Shown here in pieces: positions 39,780 through 53,461 of a DNA stretch of 64,000 nt. The DNA comes from the human T2T-CHM13v2.0 reference genome, Homo sapiens. Where the stretch lies: assembly GCF_009914755.1 (NCBI RefSeq), contig NC_060932.1, one strand, 5' to 3'. Both the position numbers and the translations under genes were made by a program. The notes beneath the pieces are model-generated. The model worked only from the letters and a program-made list of their open reading frames with translations. It made no database searches and was not told the origin of the DNA. Every line of letters begins with the position of its first letter. The first letter of the stretch is position 1.

Positions 39780-40690
39780 GCCCCTCCGTCGGGCTCCCCT
39801 GGCCCCCTACACTTTCTTTCCCCTCATCCGACGCTCTCGCTCCCATCCCACTCCCATTCAGGGTCCACAGGGTACTGAAGGGGCCCTGAGAGATTTCCCG
39901 ACCCACCTCAGAGCTTCTCTTCCTCGCCTCAACTTTCCCGGGGTCGGGCCTGGGAGACGGCGCCCACCCGCCTCCTCCACACCACGGGGCCCGACTTCCG
40001 TCCCCCAGTGTCGCTCATCCTCCCTAGCCACTTACCGACTCAAAATCCACGGGGATTTCGGGGCAGCAGCGTCGCCGCGCTCAGCCCACACGCGGAGGCC
40101 GAGCGCCCTGCTGCCCGTCGGGGAACGGCTCCTGCCGCTGGTCCGCTGGCTGACCGCGGTGGCGGCGGCGGGGGGCGAGGGGCGGGGGGCGAGGGGCGGG
40201 GGGCGGGGCGGGAGGCGGCTCCGAGGGGCACGAGGCGGGCCCAGGGCGGGCGCGGGGCGTGGCCTCGGGCGCTGAGCCTCGAGAGCAGCCGCACCCCTGC
40301 CGGGGTAGAACCGTTAAAAGGGTGGCGCGCGCTTTCCCGGGCGAGCTGGGCGCGTGGGGTTGGAGCGGCGCCACCCAGAGCCGGTCGTCTAGGGTAGGAG
40401 GCCGCGAGTGAGGCGCTGACAGGCTAGCCCTCGACGGGGCGCGCCCGCGTGAACGGCCTTGGGGGCCCCAGACCGTGGCCCTGCTTGTGCGAAGACTGGG
40501 AGGCGCCAGGCGGGCCGCCTGCTGGGGGCTTGGCGGCGGGTTCCAGGCAGCGTCTGTGAGGGAGGCCGCCTCTGTGAGGGAGGCCGCCGTCGTGCTGACG
40601 ACTGAGTCCACCCTACTCCTGTCCCCCGTCAGAGCTGCTGGCAGGCGCTGCTTTCCCCTTGGTGCATTTAGTGGGTGTCGGGATTCGGGT
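39780..40690. promoter_or_regulatory. C8orf88: CpG island promoter of C8orf88 with stacked GC boxes
   Basis: Abrupt GC/CpG-dense block in AT-rich DNA; multiple GGGGCGGGG Sp/KLF boxes at 40167-40212. Confidence 0.93.
40036..40160 (-). other. C8orf88: C8orf88 non-coding exon 1 (TSS approximate)
   Basis: Consensus donor TCG|gtaagt on - (acttac at 40030-40035) just downstream of the GC boxes; no ATG in the segment. Confidence 0.8.
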
Positions 40691-41299
40691 TGGCAGGGAG
40701 GAAGATGTTTGAGACCTGGTTTACCTCAGACCAGGGATACAGCGTTTCACACAGACTGCCATCCTGAAAGGAACAAAATGAATTAAGGCAACTCCATCCG
40801 AATCATTTCTTTTTAATCTTCACCTTCAATCCTTTTGCTAATTTTTCATTATCTTTGAGTGTCCCCAGAGGGGGACTGTCTGCTTGTACTGAGGGACGTG
40901 GAGGTGGCAGTCCCTCACGTCCCCAAGCACCAAAAGGACAGTTGAAAATGCACTGGCAAACACTGAACGGTTTTAAGTGGGGCACTATCAGGATTTACCA
41001 TTTTGGAAGGTATGAAGTTTCACAAGCACTTCCATGTATAGTCAAGTTATTGGAGCTGTCTCCGTTTAGAAATGGCTTCCAGAAACACTCCTACTATCCA
41101 CTGAGACAACTCGCCTGGCATCAGAGACCTAGGGTCCAGGGTCAGAGATGGGTCATGATAAAAGGGCATCCCTTGGGGTGAGGCACCAGAAGTCTGCACA
41201 GTGGAATCAATATATTCCAACCACCAGATGTAGAAAATCTTAAGTGCAGGATGTGGTTCTCATCCATCTAGTCACAACAGAAGTTTTCTTCTTCAGGAA

Positions 41300-42120
41300 T
41301 ATACTTAACAATGAAGCATGTATAATTTTATATACATCTTACAATAAAATTATTTTGTGCATATCACTGTATGAAGTCAGTAGAAACTATTGTGACAAAA
41401 ATGTAAATTGGAAGAATTCCAATTCAGATCAGTATTAGTAATTTATTGAGAGGAAGAGAGAAATTAGACTAGACAGACTCCTTGATTTTTTGATAATTGA
41501 GGAAGAAAAATGAACCATATAAACATATCGAAACTTTTCAAAATCTTATTGATAATGACATAAAATTTTGGCATCTACAAGGATAATCTAGAATTCATAC
41601 CTTTACAACAAGAACTTGACAACAAACAGGTTAATGACTTTTAGCAACTTAAAGGTTAGTCACTGCCTGAGAAAACTTGAAGTGCCCTGAAATCACAGAG
41701 TTCACCTAAGAACCTTAAGATGAGTTTCCCCAAATTTAGCAATACTAAAAATTGGCATTATTACCAATAACAAATTGTGAAACTGCAATAACTTTTTTAA
41801 GCTTTCAATAACAAAAAATACATGTTGACTAACTTTGCTTTGAAAAGACTACCACATTATTCATTATCACCAGGGAAAGTGCATTACAAAATTACTGTCA
41901 AATGATGAGGCAATAAAAAAATGAAAACTAAAAATATAGGAAAAACATAGCAATGGTTCAGGTAGTTAATTTAAAATATCATTTTACTGAATTTCTAAAA
42001 TATTTGTGGTATTTATCATCTTTTTAAAAATCTGTAATTTGTTGTCACTGATTTTCTTATTCTAAGTAAATATTTACTTTGGTCACCGCCCCCCATCCCT
42101 GCTTCCTGCCCTGCTCTGGC
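41300..42120 (+). mobile_element. Decayed hAT DNA transposon fragment (Zaphod/Tip100-like)
   Basis: gaaaagactaccac...attacaaaattactgtcaaatgatgaggcaat...ttttcttattctaagtaaatattt resembles a recalled Zaphod 3' region. Confidence 0.45.
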
Positions 42121-42601
42121 CACTCAAAGAATTGGAGAATGGATTGAGAAAAAGCAACAGTGGAAATAGATATCCCAGTTAGAAGGATAATAATTTATAA
42201 TGTGTCTTACTACTTATAAGTAGAGGTTTTATTTAAACTTATATTTTCATATTTTATTTAACTCCACTTTCACAGTACCTAGAACTACACACACACACAT
42301 ACAAACTGGTTACTTGATCTCATGGTATGTGCTGTTTAGTGAGGGTGCAGATATGCAAACAGACAATTTCAACTCAGTAAATTAATTGTTAAATCTGGGT
42401 GGTGCCACTGAAAGCCTGGCAACTCAGAAAGCTGAAGAGGTAGCATTATCTCATGTTTACCAAATGATTTCCTTGCCAACCTCCTGCCAATAGTCGCCTT
42501 TTATTCATTTATTCCTCAAACATTTACGAAGCATTTTATGAAGGATACACTAACAAACACACAACACAGATGCTCATAATTATTATAGGAATGTGTTAAA
42601 A

Positions 42602-42966
42602 CAGTGGTCCCCAACATTGTTAGCACCAGGGGCTGGTTTCGTGGATGACTGGAAGGGCGGGGTATGGTTTTGGGATGAAACTGTTTCACCTCAGATCATC
42701 AGGCATTAGATTCTTATAAGGAGCACACGACCTAGATCCCTCGCATGTGCAGTTTACAATAGGGTTCACACTCCTATGGGCCACTGTTGATCTGACAGGC
42801 AGCAGAGCTCAGGCAGTAATGCCAGCAATGGGGAGGGGCTGTAAATGCAGATGAAGCTTCAGTCACTCACCTGCCACTCACCTCCTGCTGTGTGGCTTGT
42901 TTCCTAACAGGCCAATGACCAGTACCAGTCTGGGGTCTGGGGGAGGGCAGTGGTTAGAAACCCCTG
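42602..42966 (+). mobile_element. MER1-type hAT (Charlie) MITE
   Basis: cagtggtccccaac...ggttagaaacccctg TIRs; exact 8-bp TSD tgttaaaa at 42594-42601 and 42967-42974. Confidence 0.9.
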
Positions 42967-42999
42967 TGTTAAAAGCTATAATAATGACTTAGTTTCATT

Positions 43000-44520
43000 C
43001 AGCTCAGTTCAGCTCAGCAAAGGTTTTGAAGACCTATGTTTATGTGCTAGAAACTGAGGATACAAAGACAAACTGAAATACGACGAGAAAGGCTGATACA
43101 CACTGAGGTTACAAAGAAAAACTGAAATATGATGAGAAAGGCTGATGCAAAATTAGCAAGAAGAGAACGCTAGCTTAATAATAGTGCCTATATATGAAAT
43201 AGAAGATAGTATATGTAGTAGAAATGTTTACGTGGAATAAAAGAAGGACTACATGGAAAGGCATACTTCTGTTGAACGGTAGGAGGATGGAGAAGAGACA
43301 TCACGAAAGGGTTCACAGGGGAGGTAATGCCTGAGCAGGATTTTTAAGGATAAAACATTTACCCACTTAGAAAAGGGTATTCCTTGCAGGTGAAAGAACA
43401 AGCCCAGAGATATACAGGAATAGAGCAGCAGCCAATAAAATAAAACATCAGTAATTCAGTACTGCAGAAACACAAAATACAAGAGACTGCCTGGTAGTGG
43501 CTTGATATTAGGCTAATAAAAGATGAAGTGTCTTTTATCTCCTTTATAAGGATATGGAGAGACACTGAAGGATTTTAGTTTGGGTTTAATAGTATTCTAT
43601 GACCATTTGGGAAAAAATTACTTAAATGACAACATGAAAAATGGATTGGGAAGCAGAGTAGGCATCAGGCAAGACAAGAAGAGAGGCAGAGGAATCGGTT
43701 CAGAGGTTTACAGTAATCCAGGCAATGTTTATTGAGAGCCATAAGTAAAGGTAGATAGTGACCATAAGGAAAGAAAAGTACACATAGCTGAGAGAATAAG
43801 GAAAACTGCTAACAGTGTAGAGTGTGAGAGTGGAAAGTGGAAAATAGTGATGCCAGTTATTGACTTGCGCACCCAGAGCGATACAGGAAAAAAATAAAAA
43901 GATACTGTGATTTGCCTGAGGAGGCACAAGAGAATGGGATCTAGATTGTAGGTGAAGGGAAGGGACAAAAGCAAGAATAGGTGAAGTAGAGATTATCCAG
44001 TATAAGTGGAAGGGGTCTACTGTGGAAAGCAGTAGGACTTTCAAATTTTGAGATAGCATTTCTGGGGAATGTTCACCTGAAAACAGGTGAACACTGTTGA
44101 GGAGTCAGCTGAAGGTGAAGATCAGAAATTTATAAAGGCATTTACCTGCGTGGTTGTGAGATTCATTGGCAAATAAAGGAAGGGATGATAAATTGAAAGA
44201 ATAATAAACCTGAAGTCCTCACAGTGTGAGACTTCCGGACAGAAGAGGTATATTTTCAAAGAGGTGTATTTTCAGACAGTGGGATAACTGAGTGTGAGAG
44301 TTGAGATGGAGTGGTTCTGAGTATAACCACCCAGCATGCCGCTGTAGAGGTGAATACCAGAAGTGAAAGGAAAATAAAGGTCATTAGACTTGACGAAGAA
44401 CTGTGAGTCCAGACTGCAGTATTAGATAAGCCATTCACATTGACATTTAAATCAGTGGCATGTGATAAGAATAAAAACCAGGTACTGAAGTCTGCATTGG
44501 TGAGGAGGGAGTTAAAGGAG
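43000..44520 (-). mobile_element. L2 fragments
   Basis: Purine-rich + strand with L2-like motifs (cactgaaggattttag; cagtaatccagg). Confidence 0.5.
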
Positions 44521-44692
44521 ATCTGTGGATGGCGGATGGTAGGTAGAAGGGAAAGTTTATAAAGGAGTTAGGCAGGTACATAGGAAGAAACCAGAAAAAA
44601 AAAACACATGGCCTTACATAAGCTAGGGAATTCTCCACGTTTCCTAAACTCTTTCTTGAGGCTTAATAACTAATAAAAACTTAATGCATTTT

Positions 44693-45018
44693 GGCCAGGT
44701 GCAGTGGCTCACGCCTGTAATCCCAGCACTTTGGGAGGCCGAGATGGACGGATCACGTGGTCAGGAGGGCAGGACCATCCTGGCTAACACAGTGAAACCC
44801 CGTCTCTACTAAAAATACAAAAAAATTAGCTGGCCATGGTGGCGAGCGCCTGTAGTCCCAGCTACTCAGGAGGCTGAGGCAGGAGAATGGCATGAACCTG
44901 GGAGGCGGAGCTTGCAGTGAGCCGAGATTGCGCCACTGCACTGCAGCCTGGGCAACAGAGTGAGACTCCTTCTTAAAAATGTAAATAAATAAAATAAAAT
45001 AATTAAAAAAATAAAAAA
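44693..45018 (+). mobile_element. AluY-like
   Basis: Diagnostics accatcctggctaacac, gagaatggcatgaacc, ggagcttgcagtgagccgag; TSD taatgcatttt at 44682-44692 and 45021-45031. Confidence 0.95.
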
Positions 45019-45669
45019 TGTAATGCATTTTCAAGATTATTTAAATGTCCACTATCTTAAGCCAAAGGTATATCTCATGTGGAAATATGAGATACTGAGG
45101 CAAGGTTTTTCAGAAAAATTTATTGGAACACTGGGAACTTTTCCATAACTCTGTATATCCTACCATTATTACCTACACCTATCAACAGGCCACCCAGGGC
45201 ATTCAAAATTTCATAAGAGCAATGTGTGCGATCACTTCCTATTTAATAAGTTACCTTAAATAACTCTTAGTTACAAAATTGAAAAGACTGTTAGATCAAA
45301 GACTCTCATTTACTGTATTACAAACTAGACCTACTTCTTAAATCTTTGGCCTGATCTGATCCTTACTCTGTGAGGCCGTCCCCAAAAGAAAACAAATAGG
45401 CTCTTTATTTCTCTGTTTTTAATCTAATATTCCACTTCAAGTCAAACATATGCATGTTTAGCAAAATATAAAGAACATAGTATTTATTTAAATGTGTAAC
45501 TGCATATGTAAAACAAATTTTAAAATTAAAAGCCTGTACAAATTTTTATTAGCATTTTGTGCTAACAAATCATTTTCATAAATATTGCAATTACAAGAAA
45601 AAGAAAATACAATTGTTATTTAAAACTCATCGCATGTCAATTTCCTCATATTTAATAGAAAATACTTCT

Positions 45670-46005
45670 GACTGGGTGCATATGCCTTTAATCCCAGCAG
45701 CACTTTGGGAGGCCGAGGCAGGCGGATCGCTTAAGCTCAGGAGTTCCATTCCAGCCTGGGCAACATGGCGAAGCCACTTGTCTACAAATACAGAAAAGAA
45801 AAAAAAAAACTATCCGGGCATGGCGGTGCACCTGTAGTCCCGGTTATTCAGGGGGTCAAAGTGGAAGGACTTCTTGAGTCCCAGAGACCGAGACTGTAGT
45901 GATCGAGAGGTTGAGTCTGCAGTCAGCCCTGAGATTCTGCTTCTGCACTCCAGCCTGGCTGACAGAGTGAGACCTTTTTTCAAAAAAAAAAAAAGAAAAA
46001 AAAAA
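45670..46005 (+). mobile_element. AluJ
   Basis: Diverged full-length Alu with A tail. Confidence 0.9.
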
Positions 46006-46221
46006 TATTTTTACTTAGCCTTCCTATAATTTTATGCTAATTATAAAAAAGAAAATACATGTAATAATATTTTGCTACATAAATCAAAATGCTCTAAAAT
46101 TAATGTAGTTGGATATAATATCAAATTCATTAAAAATTTTAAATTATTCTATGCTTTTGAAATGACTATTTTGGGCAAATATTTTCTAATAATTCTCTTT
46201 CTACAGATGACCTACAGACAA

Positions 46222-46240
46222 TGAACAGCAGAGGGCACAA
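46222..46240 (+). promoter_or_regulatory. Candidate CTCF site between PIP4P2 3' end and C8orf88 promoter
   Basis: TGAACAGCAGAGGGCACAA matches the CTCF core except at the first C. Confidence 0.4.
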
Positions 46241-46643
46241 AAATCAAAAGTTTTTCACTACAAAGTGAAATAATAAAACCTTATGTAGTGGAAAGCAGAC
46301 ACATTTCAGAAGCAGACAGACTGATTCCATCTGGCTTCCTCACATATAAGCTAAGTGACCTTTAATTATTGAATCTGTCTTAGCCTCTTCAATGGTAGAA
46401 TAATAACTGTGACAGACTAAATGTTAACATACGTAAGGTGGCTACATAAACACTAGGGCTTTTGTCTTCATTGCTTATTACATATGTATGTATGAGCATA
46501 CCAGAAACATACATTGAATAAATGAAAACTTAGATTTTATAGCAATTTATGCAGATCATAAACAGGGAAATGGCTGTAGAGGTTTATCATAGCATATGAG
46601 TGCAGGTATAGCCATATCAAAACTAAACAAAAGCTAAACAAAA

Positions 46644-46745
46644 GGTGCACCAATATCTCATAAATCACCACTAAAGAACTTACTCATGTAACCAAATACC
46701 ACCTGTACCCCAATAACTTATGGGAAAAAAATAAAATAAAATAAA
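46644..46745 (+). mobile_element. Very short L1PB-type 3' end
   Basis: ggtgcaccaatatctcataaatcaccactaaagaacttactcatgtaaccaaataccacctg plus A-rich tail. Confidence 0.85.
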
Positions 46746-48028
46746 TCACAGCATTTTTCTGTATGTGAAAATATGAATGCCAAAGTGGATATAAACACGT
46801 AATAATATTTTCTACATGGTGTAGTAGTGTTTCTTCTTCTCCAGGTGTGATCCAGGAAAAATCTCCAATAGAATCATGAGGGAGTGATTGTTTTGAATGC
46901 AGATTCCTGTCCTACTCAGCATCTACTTTTTCAGATCTGTGGGAGCAGCAGTTCAATTTCCTCTGGTAAAATAGAAACAAGAATGCTGTACTTGCTTCCT
47001 AGGTTCTTGTGAATATTTAAACAGCATGTATTGTGAGGTTAGCACTCTACTTGGCACATATCAAGTTTCCTTTTTTCTTCTAAAATAACATATATGTACT
47101 CACAAATGACTTGTTCAAGAATACCTGGTCATGGTGCCATTTTTCTCTTTTCTAAGAAGAACTAAGGCAATTTTTGCTACTTTGAACAGCAAGGGACAAA
47201 CACATCATTCCTTTTCTGATTCATGGCTATGGTGTATTCTTTCAAATAACCTCTTCCCAGTTATTTTCTATGCTCCCTAGGCACTGGAAGACATGCTCTA
47301 CTTAAAAAAGCAAAACAAAACAAAATAACAAAAGACAACACTGAGTATAAAGTTTCATAAATTTGAATTTAATTAATTAAAAATTTTAGGTAACTCACAT
47401 AGGGCTAAGCTTAAATATATATTCTCTGACTTTAAAGCTTAAGGTTTTATCAATGACCGTCATTGGTTTGGATTTTAATAAACTCATTTTAAAACTTTTC
47501 AAGAATCAAAATGAAAATTAACAAATATTGATGTAATCATCATATACTACTATTATCTATTCATCAAGAGTAAAACCTACTTTCCAACAATCTAGTTCAA
47601 AAATAAAGTAAAAATAATTTCTCTCTCTTCACCCAGAGATAACCACTCCTAATATTTTTGGTTTATTTTCCTTAGTTTTTTTCAGTATGTACACATAAAA
47701 TACATTTTCTAAAATGTGGATCATATTCTATGTATCACACAATTTGCGAGCCATTTCCAATTCAATAGATGAAATTTTTTGTCATATTCTTGATTGTCTG
47801 CTATTTCATTGTATAGGTGTGCCATAATTTATTTCATCAATCTCATGTTATTGGATTATTGGACTATATTTTTACTCTTTATTAGAAAATTGACAATACC
47901 TTTAGGATAAATTCTTAGAGAATTACTAGATCAAAGAATATGTGGTGTGTGTGTGTGCGTGTGTGTGTGTGTGTTTCCAATGTCCTCAGCATTACAGGGG
48001 TATTATTGTAATTTCTACTTCTTTGTTA

Positions 48029-48415
<387 letters not shown>

Positions 48416-49208
48416 TTATGACCTATTGTAGTCATTTTGTGAATTGCTTTTTCATACCGTTAGTCCCTTCTGATATTACAGTCTTTCTCCTATTTTGAAA
48501 ATAGCTTCACCAGTTTGTCTTTTGGCTTTGCTTAAGGGTTTTTATCATACAGAAGTATTTTGGGGATTTTGTTGTTGTTGTTTCATTGTATCAATCCTTT
48601 CCTATATAATTTCTTCTTTTAAGTTCTACTTAGAACGTTTTTTTCTTAACCCAAGGTTATACAAATACTTACCTATACATTCTGGTACAAAATATAAAGT
48701 ACATATTCAAGTGTATATAAGAATTTAAAATAGCAATTCATTCAACCATTTATTCATTCATGCATATTCATTCACGTAAATTGAGCACATGTACACTAAG
48801 AACTGTTCTAAGTGGGGATAAAGCTGTGAACAAGACTACCAGGGTTCTTGCTCTCATAAAGTTATTATTCCAGAAGGAATATGACATAGCATATAATTTA
48901 ATGTGAGCTTTCCAATCAATGAGGGAAAGAATGGATTATTCAGTATACAATGCTGTTACAACTAGTTAACCATTAGGAAAAGAAGTAAGATTATTTTATA
49001 CCTAACATCAAGTGTATTACAAATGGATTTAAAAACTATATTTTAAAAATAAAACCATTTGAAAATAGTACAAAAAACATAAATGAATATTATATAAAGA
49101 AACAGGTACATTCCTAAACATGAAAACTTTACAGCAAGATTTCAAGGCAACTCTGGAAGTGACATTATTTTTAATGGAATAAAACAAGGTAATTTTTGAA
49201 CAATAATC

Positions 49209-49214
49209 TTTATT
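49209..49214 (-). terminator. PIP4P2: Probable PIP4P2 polyadenylation signal
   Basis: TTTATT on + at the boundary between repeat-poor UTR-like DNA and repeats; a proximal candidate also occurs at 50387-50392. Confidence 0.55.
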
Positions 49215-50598
49215 AGTGTATTTTTAAAGGTACATATAATCCTGAGCTACAGCATTTATACATTTGTCATTTACTCTTTGAAGTGTACATGTATTTTGCT
49301 TCAAATTCTGTGATGAGTACGTTTTTATACTAATCAGTATCATAAATAATTTAAAATATTAGTCTTATCTCTGGAATCACCAATCAATTTACTCAGATGA
49401 TCTCACTGTCTAATTCTACTACATTTAAAGACTGTAGAACATTTGTGATTAAGCAATTTCTTTTTCAAAACTGCAAAGATGGGCAGTGCGAGAGCTGATT
49501 CCATAAATTTCAATGAATTCTTAGAAAATTATGTTGTTCTTTATTTCTGATCTATTTTCTTGAATAATTTGGGTAATTATCTGATCAGTTACCTTTGAGA
49601 AGAATAGTAAAAGTACCTCTAATCTCAACATTTTAGCTACTGTAAAATGTCATAAGCTTCCTTCAAATATAAGTAGTACATAATTACCTCAATAAGAAAA
49701 ATTTACCATGATCTAAGGGAAAGGGGCACAACCCAATGTAAATATATCTTTGGATAAATGGTTAAGTATTATAAAACATGTTATGTGAAATACTTCCTCA
49801 AGCCTCTATAAAGGAATACATAGAGCTGATAAACATTAAATTCCATAATCCAGACCAGATCTTTTATAAATGGTAAATAAAAAGGCAAAAATGAAAGACA
49901 AAAGTCCTGTGATCTTTGAGAAAAGACATTTATCCAACATCTCCAACTGTGGACAAATAAATATTCGTTCTTGTATTTTAAATTACTACCAAAATATTTT
50001 ATCTTTCTACAAACAACAAAAAACAAGCAAACAGTATCTAGAAATTTTTTTTCCTCTGACAAGAATGTCAAGTCTTTGAAGTTACACTAAATTTTTTTTT
50101 TTTTCCTGAATAAGGTCACTATAATCTTAGGTTAAAGTTACAGTAAGCAGTTCAAGCAAAATGCATATTGCTTAGGTTTTAAGCAAGCAATTTTGATACT
50201 GTTTAATTAAAATGTAAATATAAATGTGAAACTATTATAGAAATATTTATAAACACTTAGGAATACTCATGTATCAGCAAGTAATGAAATAACTTATTTA
50301 AAAATAATAAAAGGGTGAGAGTAAATGTAATGTTTGGTAACAAATCCAAAAATATCTATAAGAGATGTAAAAGAACATGAAAAGGCTTTATTATTCAAAT
50401 TTTGAAAACCTAGCAGCAAAACAATTTGCATATAATATAGTGCAATGAGCATTTGTTCATAAAAGACTCCCAAAGTCTTGAAACGATTATACATAAACCA
50501 GAATGGAATCCATTAGGATAAATAATTTAAAGATGTCCAGAGTAGCTTACCAAGAACTGCTAGACACTCTCACCTGCATTACTGAATCATAAACAAGC

Positions 50599-50742
50599 TT
50601 ATGCAAAACTGTGTTCTGGATAACTGACTCTTATGGCTCCCCAATAACAAGCTCGGATAAGGCAGATCAATCCTAGGAGATAAGCAATTGCCCAAGAAAC
50701 ATAGGTTGCTCGAAATCGCCTTGCAAAATCTGGGGTGCCAAC
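50599..50742 (-). CDS. PIP4P2: PIP4P2 (TMEM55A) last coding exon, second TM helix
   Basis: attttag|GTT...TAA; VGTPDFARRFRATYVSWAIAYLLGLICLIRACYWGAIRVSYPEHSFA*. Confidence 0.95.
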   Translation of the reverse strand, partial: VGTPDFARRFRATYVSWAIAYLLGLICLIRACYWGAIRVSYPEHSFA

Positions 50743-51575
50743 CTAAAATAAAAAGCAATATAAAAACAAAATATTAGAAACTTTAAAAAATATCTGCTTA
50801 GGGAACTTGTATCAGCTTACATGTGATTGTTATGAAATATACCCCCAGACCGAATACACAAAGTCCTTATAAGAGTAGGTGTATCTGTTGACTGCAACTG
50901 ATAGACCATACTGCTACTTGTAGTAACTATAAATGTTATGAAGTAAACAAAAAAGCACACTAAACTATATTATCTCTACAAGGAATTTAATCCATGTAAC
51001 TTCTTACTATCATGGGACACAATAGGACATTGCTAATAATAAGGGACTAGTTGTACTGACAAACAAAGGAGCATGGAAATGGCAGCCAAAGAGATTATCT
51101 TCCTCTTCTGGCATAATCCCCATGCTAACTGCTTAGCTCCAGTCTTCTCTAAAAACAAGCCATCCTCATATTGGTAATAAATCTCTGCTTGATTTGGATA
51201 AAGAGAAGAGTGGTTTTTTTAGATCTCTGTAGCTGAATGAATATTGCTTTGAATAATAAGAGACCCCATAGCCATAAAAATTAGTTCTGGCACTGATTTT
51301 TTTTTAAATGGGCTTTTGCTAAATAGATGATAAAATCCCCAACAGTAAGGACTTTTGGAGGTAAAAAGACACCGTTTCACTTGGATGGGCGAGTTCAATC
51401 AAAAAGAGGTCCATGGATTGGGTTTCTGATTGCTCATAATCATTCAGAAGCTTCTAGTGCTGGCATGCCAAGGAGGCAGCCTCTTCAGGAATCCCTGAAG
51501 GTTGTCCCAGGCCTCATGATTGACTACTGATAAAGTTGAGAGGACAGAATTCTAACATCAAAGTGTAACACTCAC

Positions 51576-51666
51576 AGTTAACCCAACTCCAATGAAAATA
51601 CATATCATTCCAATGGTAATATATGCACAGCAGCGTCTTCGTGGAAGTGCACTACCCACTGAGGAG
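51576..51666 (-). CDS. PIP4P2: PIP4P2 penultimate exon, first TM helix
   Basis: tttgcag|C...ACT|gtgagt; 91 nt; (I)SSVGSALPRRRCCAYITIGMICIFIGVGLT. Confidence 0.95.
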
Positions 51667-53461
51667 CTGCAAATTCATGAAAGCAAAAGAGAACATTAAG
51701 TATTTACATAAAAATTCTCTATTTCATTTTTGTGAGTTCTTATCTATGGCTTTAGTAATATTATATACTTTTTATTCATTGCTTCAACTTTACAGACAAG
51801 AACATGCATTAAACATGTCATTTTTAATGGGTGACAAAATCGTTCAGGGTGAATTTGTGATATTATTGTGGCTTTAAACAAAGTTCAAGCCTTGGTCATT
51901 GATAATATCCACAGAAATCCATTGTAGTACCTACTAATCTCCCAAGATAAAAGTTTATTTCCAAAAAAATCTATTTCAGAATGGAAAAACAGCTATCTTA
52001 CAAATAGCATTTGATTTTTTTACAGTTAAAAGAGTATGTGTTTATGTAAAAAATTTAGAAAGTAGAATAAAAAGGAAAGAAACAATGAAGAAAAAGGAAA
52101 GAAAAAATTACCTATAATCCCAATATCATAAAATAGTCACTCAGTATTTTTGCATACTTTCCTGTAGCCAATTTTGTACCTTACCAATATATAGCATGAA
52201 CTTTTTCCCATAATATTCTCAAACTAAAATTCTGATGGATGAATATAACATAATTAAAAAATTTTCTACTATTGTACATTAAAGTATCTTCATTATTATA
52301 CATAATGCCAACAAAGTATCATTTAAAAGCATTGTGCTTATTTTTAATCATTCTTAAGATTTTTAAATTTAGAATTAGGATTACAAATTAAAGGGATTAA
52401 ACTTTTTGAATTGTTTTTAATACATACTGCTAAAAGCCCTCTACTGTGCTACTCAATTGAAATTCCAAATCTAATAGTATTCACCCTCTCTGTATCTAAT
52501 TGTGGTAATTTTCAAAATGATATAAGTTATAGCAGAGATTAGTAGCCAAATTAGCACTTTCTTCTCTGTCTTAACGTACATATATTTATTACTATATACC
52601 ATATGCAAGGCATCGTGTTAGTGAATGACACAGAAGTATCTGATTCACCTTTGTGTGGCCAGTGTCAAGATTATGCCTAACACATAATAACCTCTCAAAG
52701 AATGTCTGATGAATAAGTAAAATACAGAAATTCATCACTTACTAGGCATGATTTAGAAACATGTGATTCCAAATAGGTTAATTTTGCATACAAAATTATT
52801 TCCTTTAATTTCCAAATCTTTTTGAAAAACTGATGAAGTTTTTTGCAAATATACATCGTAAATTTTCCTGGGTACTTGAGCCCAAACACAAACATCTGGA
52901 TGACCTGGGGACCACCATTAATTACTATATTGTACAGCTTGCTATCTAGAGTTACTAGGGCATGCAGGATTCATTGCTTTTATGTAACATTTAGCCCTAG
53001 TCTATTTTTGGTTTTAATTTCTATGCATCCACTGGTGGTTTTTCTTGCCTTATACATCACATCTGGTTGTTGTTTCTTATCACTGCCTGTGCATCTGCAT
53101 TTGGCAGTTTGTAATATACCATTTATTAGAAGCCAACTAAGCTTATTAAAATTATGTACTGAATAAGTCAAAAGTTTCTAAGTGAATATTAGAGCGGCTT
53201 TTCTGTGAGCCAAGAGAATACACTTTAGTACATTAATTTCAGTGCATGAATTCTGCTTAGAAAACCTGTGCTCTCTTTTCATCACTCAAATTAAATAGTC
53301 ACTACATCTGAGAAATCTTCTCTGAAAAAAATAACCTACTGCTACTCCACAACTCAAGTGCCATCTCCTCACAGGATAAGGCAATGACCAACAAGCACTT
53401 ATTAATCATAAAATCTCTTACATATTTAGTACATATGTGGTATCTACATGCAATATATATT

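Noticed and set aside
39541-40786. Several long overlapping ORFs (up to 217 aa) on both strands
   Set aside because: Expected from stop-codon scarcity in a CpG island; low-complexity R/G/P/A content, mostly non-ATG starts, no recognisable domain.
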